Shown here: positions 27,993-37,954 of the stretch, piece by piece
How positions within the stretch are numbered: the stretch's first letter is position 1
Layout: each line of letters begins with the position of its first letter
NCBI GenBank assembly: GCA_045803545.1
Contig: JBJMOW010000002.1
Span: 96,001 to 160,000 of the forward strand
Reading direction: 5' to 3'
From: Gemmatimonadaceae bacterium
GTDB taxonomy: Bacteria; Gemmatimonadota; Gemmatimonadetes; Gemmatimonadales; Gemmatimonadaceae
Length of the DNA stretch: 64,000 bases
Position numbers and translations under genes: made by a program
The notes under the pieces: generated by a model
The model's database searches: none
Told to the model about the DNA's origin: nothing
What the model saw: the letters and a program-made list of their open reading frames with translations, nothing else

Positions 27993-28900
27993 TGCCGCAG
28001 CGCTCGCTGGCGGCCCGTATTGGGTGGCTGCTTCGCGACTACGCCAAGCGAGTCTGGGATAACAGCGGCGAAGACAACGTCTTCTTCCTCGCCGGCGGCA
28101 TTGCATTCAACATCCTGCTTGCCGCCGTTCCTTTTTTTCTGTTGCTGGCAACTGGTCTCGTGTACCTGCTGAATCAGTCGCCTGACACGACATCAGCCGA
28201 AGTTCTGACGATCGTCGACAAGTTTCTCCCACCACACCCGCCGGGTGATATGGGACCTGCGGCCACAATCCTGAATGAGGTGATCAAGCGCAGCGGATCG
28301 TTGACGATATACTCCGCCATCGGTTTTATCTGGTTCTCGACGCGCCTGTTTGGGTCGTTGCGCACGGTGCTCGCCGCCATATTCGACATCGATACGGACC
28401 GCGGCATTATCGCCGGCAAGATCTTCGACATCGAGATGACCATCGTCTCCAGCCTGCTGCTGGTCGCCTACACTGCACTGAGCGCATATCTGGCGATCGC
28501 TACAACGCGCGGCGTGTCGATCCTGGCGGATATCGGCCTTCGTAAGGAGTTGATGGGACAGCTCGAATACAATCTCGGCCAGCTGCTCGCATTTTCATTC
28601 ATCGCGACGATGTTCTTTTGTCTCTACAAGTTCCTGCCACACCGCAAGATTCGATGGCGAACGGCCTTGATTGCCTCGTTGTTCACTGCCGTGATGCTGG
28701 AGCTCGCCAAACGTGCGTTTTCTGCTTACGTGCGGTCATTCAATCCAGGGTCATTCTACAGCGGCACGGTCGCTGCATTAGTCCTCGTCGTAATCTGGGT
28801 CTACTACGCCTCCTTTATCTTCATCATCGGCGGCGAAGTGGCGCAGGTTTACGAGCTTCGGCGCGTGCGGAAAATGCAGCGTGAAGCTTTCGAGGACTGA
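27992..28900 (+). CDS. YihY/BrkB family membrane protein
   Basis: AGGIAF..LL..P, LYKFLP, WVYY...I.IGGE. Confidence 0.88.
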   Translation: MPQRSLAARIGWLLRDYAKRVWDNSGEDNVFFLAGGIAFNILLAAVPFFLLLATGLVYLLNQSPDTTSAEVLTIVDKFLPPHPPGDMGPAATILNEVIKRSGSLTIYSAIGFIWFSTRLFGSLRTVLAAIFDIDTDRGIIAGKIFDIEMTIVSSLLLVAYTALSAYLAIATTRGVSILADIGLRKELMGQLEYNLGQLLAFSFIATMFFCLYKFLPHRKIRWRTALIASLFTAVMLELAKRAFSAYVRSFNPGSFYSGTVAALVLVVIWVYYASFIFIIGGEVAQVYELRRVRKMQREAFED

Positions 28901-28957
28901 GTAATAGTGGGATGGTTGCCGGATCTTCCGGCGAACACACTTCTGGAGGAGGCGCTC

Positions 28958-29218
28958 GTGCGCAAGTTCGCAGCAGTTGCGGCCGTCCTGGCCGTGGTCT
29001 CGATTTCGGCTTGCAAGAAGACTGGAGAAGGGGAGTATCAGGTCGAAAAGCCCGTAATCGGAACGCAGACGGACACGATCCACACTCCGTCGGTGGAGGT
29101 GGGAACCGACACTGCCAACGTGACGGTGCCGAAGGTTGAGGTGAGGAAAGACACCGCAGCGATCAAGGTCCCGACGGTCAAGGTGAAGAGCCCGAGCGAT
29201 AACGCGAAGAAGCGGTAA
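28958..29218 (+). CDS. Small lipoprotein with (V/T)P-x-V repeats
   Basis: SD ggaggagg before GTG, lipobox ISAC, repeats TPSVEV/VPKVEV/VPTVKV. Confidence 0.75.
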   Translation: MRKFAAVAAVLAVVSISACKKTGEGEYQVEKPVIGTQTDTIHTPSVEVGTDTANVTVPKVEVRKDTAAIKVPTVKVKSPSDNAKKR

Positions 29219-29239
29219 GCAGCGTCTCGACTCCTCTGG

Positions 29240-29270
29240 AAAAGCCCCGTCCACCGACGGGGTTTTTTTT
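29240..29270 (+). terminator. Rho-independent terminator
   Basis: gccccgtc-cacc-gacggggt followed by a T tract. Confidence 0.9.
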
Positions 29271-29274
29271 CTTA

Positions 29275-29461
29275 GGACTGAGGCCCGAGGACCAAGTGCA
29301 TCGATGACCGCGGACTGAGTGAGGATCGAGGACAAAGGGCGTACAAGCAGGACAAAGGACCAAGGACGACCGGTGGTCCTCAGTCCTGCTTTTCGGCCTT
29401 TTGTCCTAGATTCTCGATGTATCCGCGGTCATCGATGCCGTTAGTCCTCGGCCCTCAGTCC
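29275..29461. repeat. Long intergenic inverted repeat with ggacNRa heptamers
   Basis: Perfect 17-bp pair 29298-29314/29422-29438, plus ggactgagg/cctcagtcc, aggacaaagg/ccttttgtcct and aagcaggac/gtcctgctt stems. Confidence 0.85.
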
Positions 29462-29475
29462 CTGTTATATATTTA

Positions 29476-29583
29476 GGGCGCCCCAGGTCCCGGAGGGCGT
29501 TTGCCCGTTAACTCCGTCAGGACCCCGAAGGTAGCAGCGGCATGCGGTGTCAATCGTTGCTCCGTCAGGCCTGGGGTACTCCC
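29476..29583 (+). ncRNA. ffs: Signal recognition particle RNA (small bacterial type)
   Basis: Domain IV motif tcaggaccccgaaggtagcagc, closing stem ccccagg/cctgggg, AT-rich -10-like element just upstream, position before dnaX. Confidence 0.9.
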
Positions 29584-29591
29584 GCCTCGCA

Positions 29592-31064
29592 ATGTCCCTC
29601 GCACTCGCCCGTAAATACCGACCCAAGACCTTCGCTGACGTCGCCGTCCAATCGCACGTTTCCAATACGTTGCGTGGGGCGATCGCCAGGGGCAAAATCG
29701 CGCACGGCTATCTCCTTAGCGGTCCGCGCGGCGTCGGAAAAACCACTCTCGCCAGGGTATTGGCGATGGCGCTCAACTGCGAGAACAAGCGAGACGATGG
29801 TGAGCCATGTGGTGTCTGTGTCTCCTGCCAGCGTATTTGGAGTGGCTCGTCGAGTCTCGACGTCGTCGAGATCGATGCCGCGTCCAACCGCGGAGTCGAT
29901 GACGCGCGCGATTTGCGCGAGCGCGCGATGTACGCGCCTTCCGGCGACGACCGCTACAAAGTCTACATCGTAGACGAAGCGCACATGCTAACGCGCGAAG
30001 CCTGGAATGCGCTGCTCAAGATTCTCGAGGAGCCGCCACCGCGCGTGGTTTTCGTATTTGCTACAACTGAACCACAGAAAATCGCTCAGTCCGCGGCGCC
30101 GGTTCTCAGTCGCCTGCAACGCTTCGATCTCAAGCGCATCGGACTCGGTGACATCACGCGTCGACTTTCGAGCGTGCTCAAATCTGAAGGAGTTCAGATC
30201 TCCGAGGACGCCCTGGCGCTGATCGCGCGCGCGGCGGACGGCTCTATGCGTGACGCGTTGAGTCTCGCCGACCAGGTCATTGTGATTGGCGAAGGACCGG
30301 TGACCGCCGAGCGCGTTCGAGAAGCGCTTGGCCTCGCTCCGGAAGACGAGTTCATCAACGTGCTCGACATCATCGCCGAGCACCGCGCGGGTGACGTGTT
30401 CACTGCGGTCAACAAGCTTGCCGACGCCGGTATCGATTTCGGAGTCTTTCTCTCTGGTTTTGCTGACATGTTGCGGGCGCAACTAACCGTCGTGCTCAGC
30501 GATCGCGCCGAAGGAGTTTCAGCGCACGCGCTCGCCTCACTGCGTGAGCGCCGCGACAAGTTCACCGCAGGCGACCTGCTGCGCATGATCAGCGCGATCA
30601 ACGAGCTCGAGCCCAATTTTAGAAAGAGTGGGCAGCAGCAGCTGCTCGTGGAGATGTTGCTGGTGCGCATGGCACTGCTGGATCGCACGGTTGCGCTCGA
30701 GGATTTGCTGAAAGGCCTCGGCGGCACACGGGGCGAAGCCGCCGAAGCATCGGCGCCGGTGCGCCAACCGCCGGCGCCACAGCCTTCGACGCAGCGTCCG
30801 CGGCCAGCAACTCGCCCGGGCTATCCGCCGCAACTCGACGCGCCCAACGGGCCGCCGCCGGAGCCGCCCAAGCAAAGTCTGCCGCCCGTCAACGAAAACC
30901 AGCTGCGCGAGATGAAACGCGCGATGGAAACCACAGCGCAGGATTCAAATCGCAGTCGTATGACGCCCGAGGCGCTCAAGGAGGAGCGCATTGGGATGCT
31001 GCGCCAGAAGGATCCGGCGCTTGGTGCCGCTATCGACGAGCTAGATCTGGAGCTGCTCGACTAA
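29592..31064 (+). CDS. dnaX: DNA polymerase III subunit gamma/tau
   Basis: LARKYRP, GPRGVGKTT, Zn-binding Cys cluster, EIDAASN, DEAHML, NALLK.LEEPP. Confidence 0.96.
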   Translation: MSLALARKYRPKTFADVAVQSHVSNTLRGAIARGKIAHGYLLSGPRGVGKTTLARVLAMALNCENKRDDGEPCGVCVSCQRIWSGSSSLDVVEIDAASNRGVDDARDLRERAMYAPSGDDRYKVYIVDEAHMLTREAWNALLKILEEPPPRVVFVFATTEPQKIAQSAAPVLSRLQRFDLKRIGLGDITRRLSSVLKSEGVQISEDALALIARAADGSMRDALSLADQVIVIGEGPVTAERVREALGLAPEDEFINVLDIIAEHRAGDVFTAVNKLADAGIDFGVFLSGFADMLRAQLTVVLSDRAEGVSAHALASLRERRDKFTAGDLLRMISAINELEPNFRKSGQQQLLVEMLLVRMALLDRTVALEDLLKGLGGTRGEAAEASAPVRQPPAPQPSTQRPRPATRPGYPPQLDAPNGPPPEPPKQSLPPVNENQLREMKRAMETTAQDSNRSRMTPEALKEERIGMLRQKDPALGAAIDELDLELLD

Positions 31065-31083
31065 TCCTTTCGTCCGAGAACAT

Positions 31084-31401
31084 ATGCCTGACTTCAGCAA
31101 GATTTTCGAGCAAGCGCAACAGATGCAGGCGCGTATGCAGCAGGTTCAGTCCGAGCTGGAAAAACAAACCGTGACGGCTGCGGCTGGAGGCGGGATGGTC
31201 TCCGTGGAAGCCGACGGCAAGGGGACGATCACCCGCGTCAAGATCGATCCAAGCGTCGCAGATCCGAAGGACGTTGAGATGCTCGAAGATCTGGTGTTGG
31301 TCGCCGTCAACGAGGCCCAGAAGAAAGCAGCGGAACTCGCCAAGACGGAAATGAGCAGGCTCGCCGGCGGTTTGAACCTTCCTTTTAAGCTGCCTTTTTA
31401 G
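31084..31401 (+). CDS. ybaB: YbaB/EbfC nucleoid-associated protein
   Basis: GGGMVSV, DVEMLEDLV..AVNEA. Lies between dnaX and recR. Confidence 0.93.
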   Translation: MPDFSKIFEQAQQMQARMQQVQSELEKQTVTAAAGGGMVSVEADGKGTITRVKIDPSVADPKDVEMLEDLVLVAVNEAQKKAAELAKTEMSRLAGGLNLPFKLPF

Positions 31402-31988
31402 TGGGCGCAATCGATGACCTGGCCGCAGAGCTATCCAAGCTGCCCGGGATTGGGCGGAAGACAGCGCTGCGGCTCACGTATCATCTTCTGAAGCAGTCGC
31501 CCGACCAGTCCCGCCGGCTGGCGGACGCCCTGACCACGCTGGCCGACAAAGTCAAACCCTGCCCGCAATGCTTCAACCTGACAGAGGAGGAATTGTGCTC
31601 CATTTGTCGTGACGCGCGCAGGGATACGGGAGTCATCTGCGCAGTAGAGGAAGCATCTGATATTGGCGCAATCGAGCGGTCTGGCGAATTCCGGGGCGTA
31701 TATCACGTCCTGGGCGGACGCTTGTCCCCCCTCGACGGCATTGGCCCCGAGGATCTCACCATTCCGCAGCTGGAGTCCAGAGTGTCGGCCGGAGTCGTCC
31801 GCGAAGTGATAATTGCTACCAATCCAAGCATCGAAGGCGAGACGACAGCCCTCTACGTTCAGCGGAGGCTGGCGCGACACGCAGTCACCGTTACGCGTAT
31901 TGCGCGCGGCCTGCCGGTTGGCGGGGACCTCGAGTACGCAGATGGCGTGACGATTGCCCAAGCGTTGACCGCAAGGAGGGCAATGTGA
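31401..31988 (+). CDS. recR: Recombination mediator RecR
   Basis: LPGIGRKTA.RL, CPQC..C..C, Toprim ATNPSIEGE, G.LEY.D. Confidence 0.96.
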   Translation: MGAIDDLAAELSKLPGIGRKTALRLTYHLLKQSPDQSRRLADALTTLADKVKPCPQCFNLTEEELCSICRDARRDTGVICAVEEASDIGAIERSGEFRGVYHVLGGRLSPLDGIGPEDLTIPQLESRVSAGVVREVIIATNPSIEGETTALYVQRRLARHAVTVTRIARGLPVGGDLEYADGVTIAQALTARRAM

Positions 31989-32257
31989 CCAGACAGCGCG
32001 GCGCGACTTTCGTTGCGGTGGGCTTCCTCGGAGGTATTGCCGCTGGCTCGCTGATGTGGAGCAGAATGCAGCGCAATTGCCGCCGCAATCTGTTCTCGCG
32101 CAACCCGCTGTTCAGGGTTGCTGCACTCGGCTACCTGCGCGGCCGACCGACCGTGAACACCGCTCAGCTGCTGCGCGAGTACGTCGCGTGGGAGCCGCGC
32201 CAGATTCTCAAGCACCGGGGCGCGCGGATGCTGAGACACCTCGAAGCAACGCTGTGA
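31985..32257 (+). CDS. Small membrane-anchored hypothetical protein
   Basis: N-terminal hydrophobic segment plus a basic helical domain. Overlaps the recR stop. Confidence 0.65.
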   Translation: MTRQRGATFVAVGFLGGIAAGSLMWSRMQRNCRRNLFSRNPLFRVAALGYLRGRPTVNTAQLLREYVAWEPRQILKHRGARMLRHLEATL

Positions 32258-32267
32258 CCGGAGCAAG

Positions 32268-32756
32268 ATGACCGCCGGCACGGCCAGCTGGTCGTTCACT
32301 CAGGACGACTTTACCGCTATAACTGAATCCCTGAAACGCTTCCTCGGTGAGACGAAGTCCCTTTGTGCGTTGCTCGTGGATCGCTCCGGACAGCTCGTCA
32401 CCACCGTCGGTGACGCGCCTGGACTGGATACCACCGCGTTCGCGACGCTGACGGCGGCTGACTATAGCGCCAATGATCAGCTGGCGAAGCTCGTTGGCGA
32501 AACAGATTTCTCGAGCCTGTTTCATCAGGGCGAAAAGTCCATTTACGTTGCCGACATCGCGCGGCGACTGCTGCTCGTTACAATCTTCGATTCCCGCACT
32601 ACCGTCGGCCTCGTCCGTTTGCGCATGAAGAACGAGGTTGAGGAGTTGACGCAGTTGATCGATCGTGTATTCTCACGCGGTCGCAACGGCGACGCCTCGG
32701 ATCAGCACGTGCTCCGCGGCGCGGATGAAGAAATCGACAAACTCTTCAACTGGTGA
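32268..32756 (+). CDS. mglB: Roadblock/LC7 protein, MglB-like GAP
   Basis: ALLVDRSGQL, LA..VGE..FS.LFHQGE, VGLVRLR. Directly upstream of mglA. Confidence 0.88.
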   Translation: MTAGTASWSFTQDDFTAITESLKRFLGETKSLCALLVDRSGQLVTTVGDAPGLDTTAFATLTAADYSANDQLAKLVGETDFSSLFHQGEKSIYVADIARRLLLVTIFDSRTTVGLVRLRMKNEVEELTQLIDRVFSRGRNGDASDQHVLRGADEEIDKLFNW

Positions 32757-32770
32757 GGAAGAGCTAGACC

Positions 32771-33448
32771 GTGTCGATGATCAATTACGCCTCGCGCGAG
32801 ATCAATTGTAAGATCGTTTACTATGGTCCCGGGCTTGGCGGCAAAACGACAAACCTCGAGCACGTCTACGGGAAGGTTAAGCCGGAGACGCGCGGAAAAC
32901 TCATATCGCTCGCGACCGAAACCGAGCGCACCCTCTTCTTCGATTTCCTGCCCGTAGACCTCGGCACGATTCGCGGCTTCAAGACGCGCTTCCACCTCTA
33001 CACCGTGCCCGGACAGGTCTACTACAACGCCAGCCGCAAGCTGATTCTGAAGAACGTCGATGGCATCGTCTTCGTCGGAGATTCTCAAGCCGAGCGCATG
33101 GAAGCCAATCTCGAGTCCATGCAGAATCTCTACGACAACATGGCCGAGTACGGTTACGACCTTACGCAGATGCCGTTCGTGATTCAGTACAACAAGCGCG
33201 ATCTGCCCAATGCCGCGCCAATCGAGGATTTGCAAGCCTCACTCAACCCGGGTTGGGAAGTCGAGGATGCAGCGAAGCATCGCGTGCAGCCCGATCCCTA
33301 TCACGCCGGTCAGAACCTGGTCGAGCAGCTTCCCGGCGGAGAGTGGGTCGAACGCGCGCCGTATTTCGAGGCGATCGCAGTGCAGGGCGACGGCGTGTTC
33401 GACACGCTCAAGGCAGTGAGCAAGCTGGTGTTGAAGGCGCTCGCCTAG
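32771..33448 (+). CDS. mglA: MglA-family small GTPase
   Basis: [41 protein letters not shown]. Confidence 0.95.
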   Translation: MSMINYASREINCKIVYYGPGLGGKTTNLEHVYGKVKPETRGKLISLATETERTLFFDFLPVDLGTIRGFKTRFHLYTVPGQVYYNASRKLILKNVDGIVFVGDSQAERMEANLESMQNLYDNMAEYGYDLTQMPFVIQYNKRDLPNAAPIEDLQASLNPGWEVEDAAKHRVQPDPYHAGQNLVEQLPGGEWVERAPYFEAIAVQGDGVFDTLKAVSKLVLKALA

Positions 33449-33466
33449 AGACGTCGGAGGCCGCGG

Positions 33467-34144
33467 GTGAATCTGAATCTCCCGAACACGATCACCGCCG
33501 GCCGGATTCTCGCGGCGCCATTCATCGCCGCACTGCCGTTCATCGCCTCGCCGACCGCGCGCGGTGTTGGCTTCCTGCTTTACGTGATCGCTGCAGTTAC
33601 CGACTACTACGACGGCTGGCTCGCGCGCACCAGGAATCTGATCACCGATCTCGGCCGCCTGCTCGATCCACTCGCCGACAAGTTGCTTTTGTTCGCGACC
33701 TTGATTCCGATGTTCGTGTTGATGGCGCCGCCGATGGATCCGCTCGTTCCGACACGCGCTGAGAGTGTCGATGCGGCGCGACTTCAGTTTCAAACGCCGT
33801 GGGGCAGCGTTGGCCTGCCGTGGTGGATAGCAGCGATCGTCATCGGCCGCGAGATCTTCATGACGATTTTTCGCCAGATCGCCGCGCGTCGTGGCGTGGT
33901 CATTTCCGCGATTGGGCCGGCCAAGTGGAAGACCGCGTTTCAATCGCTGTGGGTCGGATCGGCCTACTTCTGGTTTTTCGCGTCGACGACGGCGATTTCG
34001 GCTGGATGGAGTAGCGCGCCATGGCGGGCATTCGCTTACTTCAATGGCATCGTCGGTACACTGGCGATGATCGCCTCCGTTTTTCTGACGCTCTACTCAC
34101 TTGCGCTTTATCTGAAGCGCTACTCAGGAGCACTCGGCGCTTGA
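33467..34144 (+). CDS. pgsA: CDP-alcohol phosphatidyltransferase (PgsA-like)
   Basis: NLPN.IT..R and TD..DG.LAR.....T..G..LDP.ADK motifs. Confidence 0.88.
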   Translation: MNLNLPNTITAGRILAAPFIAALPFIASPTARGVGFLLYVIAAVTDYYDGWLARTRNLITDLGRLLDPLADKLLLFATLIPMFVLMAPPMDPLVPTRAESVDAARLQFQTPWGSVGLPWWIAAIVIGREIFMTIFRQIAARRGVVISAIGPAKWKTAFQSLWVGSAYFWFFASTTAISAGWSSAPWRAFAYFNGIVGTLAMIASVFLTLYSLALYLKRYSGALGA

Positions 34145-35415
34145 TCGCTCAGCGGGTCGAGCTCATCACCATTGGTGACGAGCTCCTCCTTGGCTTTACC
34201 ATCGACACCAATTCAGCGCACATCTCGCGCGCGCTGGCAGCCGCGGGCGTAGAAGTCGTGCGCCGCACTACGGTGAGCGACGAGGCAGATGCAATTGCGC
34301 AGGCAGTGCGCGAGGCGCTCGATCGGACAGGCGCTGTAATAACTACCGGCGGACTCGGCCCGACCAGCGACGATCTCACCAAGCCCGCGATCGCGCGAAT
34401 CTTCGGTCGCGAGATGCGAATGGACGAAGAGATCGCCTCAGCGCTTGAAAAGAGATGGCGCGCGCGCTTCCCCAACGGCACATTCCCGAAAACCAATCGT
34501 AGTCAGGCAGAGGTCCCTGAAGGAGCGCGGATCCTCACCAATCGGCACGGCAGCGCCCCGGGAATCTGGTTGGAAGACGACCGCGGCCGCTGGGTGGCGA
34601 TGATGCCCGGCGTTCCGCGCGAGATGCGCGGAATGTTAGCCGAGGAGCTGCTACCCGCGATCGCTTCGCGCTTCCCGGATTCGAAAAGCGCGGTGATTTC
34701 CGGAACGGTCCGCACAACGGGATTCGCCGAATCCGCGATCGCCGACGTTCTAGGGCCTGATTTTCTGGCGCGACTTGGTGACGACTTCAAGACGCTTTCA
34801 CTGGCTTATTTGCCGGGCGTCGCTGGCGTTGACTTGCGTGTGACGGCGCGTGGAATGTCGAAGGAGCGTGCGAAGAGATTGGTGACCGAGGCTGTATTGA
34901 AACTGCGTGAGCGGGTTTCGGCGTACGTCTACGGAGAGGCCGAGGATGATCTGGCTTCGGTCGTGATTGGGCGTTGTCGCGACCTCGGGCTCAAGCTGGC
35001 TGTTGCGGAGAGCTGCACAGGCGGGCTGCTTGGGGAGCGGATCACCAATATTCCCGGATCGAGTGACATTTTCGTCGGCGGCGTGATCGCATACGACAAC
35101 GCGGTAAAGCTGAGTCTGCTCGATGTCAGCCCGAAGACGCTCGAGCTTACCGGCGCGGTCAGCGAAGAGGTTGCGCTCGAGATGGCGGCAGGAGTAAGAC
35201 GGAGATTGAAGGCAGACATCGGCATTTCGGTGACAGGAATTGCCGGTCCGGCCGGCGGAACTATGGAAAAACCAGTCGGACTAGTGTGGATCGCCGTTGA
35301 TGCGGGGGAGCCAAAGGCACGGCGTTTTCATCTGATTGGTGACCGAGCGGAGATCAGACAACGCGCTGCGCAGGCCGCACTGGAGATGGTGCGACGGGCG
35401 CTCGCAACGGGTTAA
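34141..35415 (+). CDS. cinA: Competence/damage-inducible protein A (CinA, PncC fusion)
   Basis: GDELL.G...DTN, GGLGPT.DD.T, AESCTGG, GAVS, TGIAGP.GG. Confidence 0.93.
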   Translation: MIAQRVELITIGDELLLGFTIDTNSAHISRALAAAGVEVVRRTTVSDEADAIAQAVREALDRTGAVITTGGLGPTSDDLTKPAIARIFGREMRMDEEIASALEKRWRARFPNGTFPKTNRSQAEVPEGARILTNRHGSAPGIWLEDDRGRWVAMMPGVPREMRGMLAEELLPAIASRFPDSKSAVISGTVRTTGFAESAIADVLGPDFLARLGDDFKTLSLAYLPGVAGVDLRVTARGMSKERAKRLVTEAVLKLRERVSAYVYGEAEDDLASVVIGRCRDLGLKLAVAESCTGGLLGERITNIPGSSDIFVGGVIAYDNAVKLSLLDVSPKTLELTGAVSEEVALEMAAGVRRRLKADIGISVTGIAGPAGGTMEKPVGLVWIAVDAGEPKARRFHLIGDRAEIRQRAAQAALEMVRRALATG

Positions 35416-35424
35416 GTTACGCGC

Positions 35425-36081
35425 ATGAAACACTCGAAGAAGAAAGGCCATCATTCCGAATTGCCGGAGCAGGACGCGATGGGATCAGCAGATGATTTCG
35501 CGCGCGGCGGATCGAATCAGGGCGACGGTCAAAGCGGTGAGCCGTCCTTCGACTCTGGCGCCCCGGCGGGGACTCAGAATGCGCCCGCCGACGCCGCCAC
35601 GACAGATGTCAACTCGAATCAAAGCGTGTCAGGCGGCACGCAGTCAGACCTCGCAGGAGAGCGGGATAGATACCTCCGGCTCGCAGCGGAATACGATAAC
35701 TACCGCAAGCGCTCGGCGAAGGAGCGCCAGGACGCGGGCGCGCGCGCTCAGGGCGACCTGGTGCGTCAGCTTGTCGAGGCTCTGGATGATGTCGCGCGCT
35801 TCGCGCACATCGATCCGTCCACCACGGATGCGGCGACCGTTGTGCAGGGTGTCGACATGGTCGAGAAGAAGCTGTTGAAAGCGCTAGGCAATGCCGGACT
35901 CGAGATCATTAATCCGGTCGGCGAGACTTTCGACCCCGCTTTGCACGAAGCAGTCGCCACCGAGCCCACATCGGCGAAAGAGGATGACCACGTCGTATCG
36001 CGCGTGTACCAGCCAGGCTACGTCTTCAAGTCGCAGCTACTGCGGCCGGCGCGTGTGGTGGTCAAGCAGTATCAGGGCTGA
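35425..36081 (+). CDS. grpE: Nucleotide exchange factor GrpE
   Basis: RLAAEYDNYRKR, FDPALHEAV, GY.....LRPA.V.V. Confidence 0.95.
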   Translation: MKHSKKKGHHSELPEQDAMGSADDFARGGSNQGDGQSGEPSFDSGAPAGTQNAPADAATTDVNSNQSVSGGTQSDLAGERDRYLRLAAEYDNYRKRSAKERQDAGARAQGDLVRQLVEALDDVARFAHIDPSTTDAATVVQGVDMVEKKLLKALGNAGLEIINPVGETFDPALHEAVATEPTSAKEDDHVVSRVYQPGYVFKSQLLRPARVVVKQYQG

Positions 36082-36100
36082 ATCAAGCATCACACCCTAG

Positions 36101-37252
36101 ATGCCCCAGACGAAAGACTTCTACGCCGTACTTGGCGTGCCGTCCTCTGCCTCCCAGGACGAAATCAAGAAGGCGTATCGCAAGCTCGCCAAGAAATACC
36201 ACCCCGACGCCAACGCCAACGATCCCAAGGCGGGCGAGCGGTTCAAGGAGATTTCAGAGGCGAACAACGTTCTCAACGATCCGGAGAAGCGCAAACAATA
36301 CGACGAGATGCGCCGCCTCGGTGCGTTTGACGGCGGGCTCGGCGGCTTCGGCGGCGGATTCGGATCCCGCGCACGCGGCGGTGCAGGCGGGGCGCGCGGA
36401 GGCGCCGGTGGCGCCCAGCAGAACATCAACTTCCAGGATTTCGACATCGGCGGACTGGGAGGGCTCGGAGATCTTTTCAGCTCGATGTTCGGCGGCGAAA
36501 CCCGTCAGAACGCGCGACAGCAGGCGCCGGAGATGGGACAGACGGTCGAAGTCTCGCTCGATATCCCCTTCCGCACCGCTGCGCGCGGCGGAAAGGTGCC
36601 GATCGATCTCGAGGTGAGCGAAGAGTGCGGTACCTGTCATGGAACGGGTGCTGCTCCCGGTGCGTCGCTCAAGATTTGTCCGAATTGCAGTGGTCGCGGG
36701 GTGATCTCCTTCGGCCAGGGAGGCTTCGCCGTAAATCGTCCTTGCCCTGTCTGCCTCGGCCGAGGCCAGGTGCCAACCGAGCCATGCCCGACCTGTCACG
36801 GGTCCGGTGAAGTGCGTGCTCGAAAAAAGGTGCTGGTGAACGTGCCGACGGGAGTCGACACGGGTTCCAAGATCCGCCTCAAGGGGCAAGGCGGCAAAGG
36901 TACGCGCAACGGCCCGCCCGGTGACCTCATCATCACGTTCAATGTGCTCACCGACAAGTTCTACAAACGCGACGGGCTCGATGTGATCGCTGCGGTGCCG
37001 CTCAACATCGCTCAGGCGACGCTGGGAACGAAGATCAGCGTGCGCACGCTCGATGGAAAAAAAGTCGCGATCAGGATTCCGCCGGGCACGCCATCCGGTA
37101 AACGGTTTCGTGTGCGGGGCCAGGGCATTCAGAAGGGCGAGAAGAAAGGCGATCTGATTGTGGAAGTGGCGATTCAGGTCCCTGAGAAGCTTTCAGAAGA
37201 GCAGGAAAAGATGATGAAGGAATTTGCCGAATCGGGCGGCTTGAAATACTGA
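36101..37252 (+). CDS. dnaJ: Chaperone DnaJ
   Basis: J-domain with HPD, G/F-rich region, four CxxCxGxG repeats. Confidence 0.96.
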   Translation: MPQTKDFYAVLGVPSSASQDEIKKAYRKLAKKYHPDANANDPKAGERFKEISEANNVLNDPEKRKQYDEMRRLGAFDGGLGGFGGGFGSRARGGAGGARGGAGGAQQNINFQDFDIGGLGGLGDLFSSMFGGETRQNARQQAPEMGQTVEVSLDIPFRTAARGGKVPIDLEVSEECGTCHGTGAAPGASLKICPNCSGRGVISFGQGGFAVNRPCPVCLGRGQVPTEPCPTCHGSGEVRARKKVLVNVPTGVDTGSKIRLKGQGGKGTRNGPPGDLIITFNVLTDKFYKRDGLDVIAAVPLNIAQATLGTKISVRTLDGKKVAIRIPPGTPSGKRFRVRGQGIQKGEKKGDLIVEVAIQVPEKLSEEQEKMMKEFAESGGLKY

Positions 37253-37268
37253 TTAGCGAGAGAGCGCG

Positions 37269-37925
37269 ATGAAGATCGGAATACTCGGCACAGGAATCGT
37301 CGGCAAGACGCTGGGGACCGCACTGGCCAAGCGCGGGCACGACGTGCGAATGGGCTCGCGGAAGTCCGGCGGTGAGAAGGCGAGAGCCTGGGTGAAGGAT
37401 TCCGCTGGAAAAACCTCGGAGGGATCCTTCGCCGACGCGGCCGGATTTGGAGAGATCGTCTTCAACTGTACGGCGGGACAGGCCTCGCTCGATGCGCTGC
37501 GTCAGGCCGGCGCTCTCAATCTGCGCGGGAAGATCATCATCGATGTCTCGAACCCGTTGGACTTCTCGAAAGGAATGCCGCCGACGCTGTCAGTCTGCAA
37601 CAATGACTCGCTCGGCGAGCAGATTCAGAAGGCGTTCCCCGATTCGCACGTCGTGAAGACTCTCAACACGGTGACGACGGCGGTAATGGTAGATCCTTCG
37701 ATCATCCCCGGCACGCACACGATGTTCATCTCAGGTAACGATGCCAATGCAAAGAACGCGGTGACCAAACTCCTCAAGGAGGAGTTCGGCTGGAAGGAAA
37801 TTCTCGATCTCGGCGACCTGAGCGCCGCGCGAGCGCAGGAGATGTATCTACCGCTATGGCTGCGGCTATACATGAAGCTGCAGACCGCGAACGTGAACAT
37901 CCATGTCGTTCACGCCCGGACCTGA
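37269..37925 (+). CDS. NADP oxidoreductase, F420-dependent family
   Basis: MKIGILGTG.VG Rossmann motif, ID.SNP, VVK.LNT. Confidence 0.85.
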   Translation: MKIGILGTGIVGKTLGTALAKRGHDVRMGSRKSGGEKARAWVKDSAGKTSEGSFADAAGFGEIVFNCTAGQASLDALRQAGALNLRGKIIIDVSNPLDFSKGMPPTLSVCNNDSLGEQIQKAFPDSHVVKTLNTVTTAVMVDPSIIPGTHTMFISGNDANAKNAVTKLLKEEFGWKEILDLGDLSAARAQEMYLPLWLRLYMKLQTANVNIHVVHART

Positions 37926-37954
37926 TCGATAGTTATGCCGCCCTGCGTGAGGAG

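Noticed and set aside
29275..29461. CRISPR-like array
   Set aside because: The units are degenerate 7-mers in inverted arrangement, with no repeat-spacer structure and no cas genes.
29592..31064. Programmed frameshift in dnaX
   Set aside because: No A AAA AAG or long poly-A slippery site seen.
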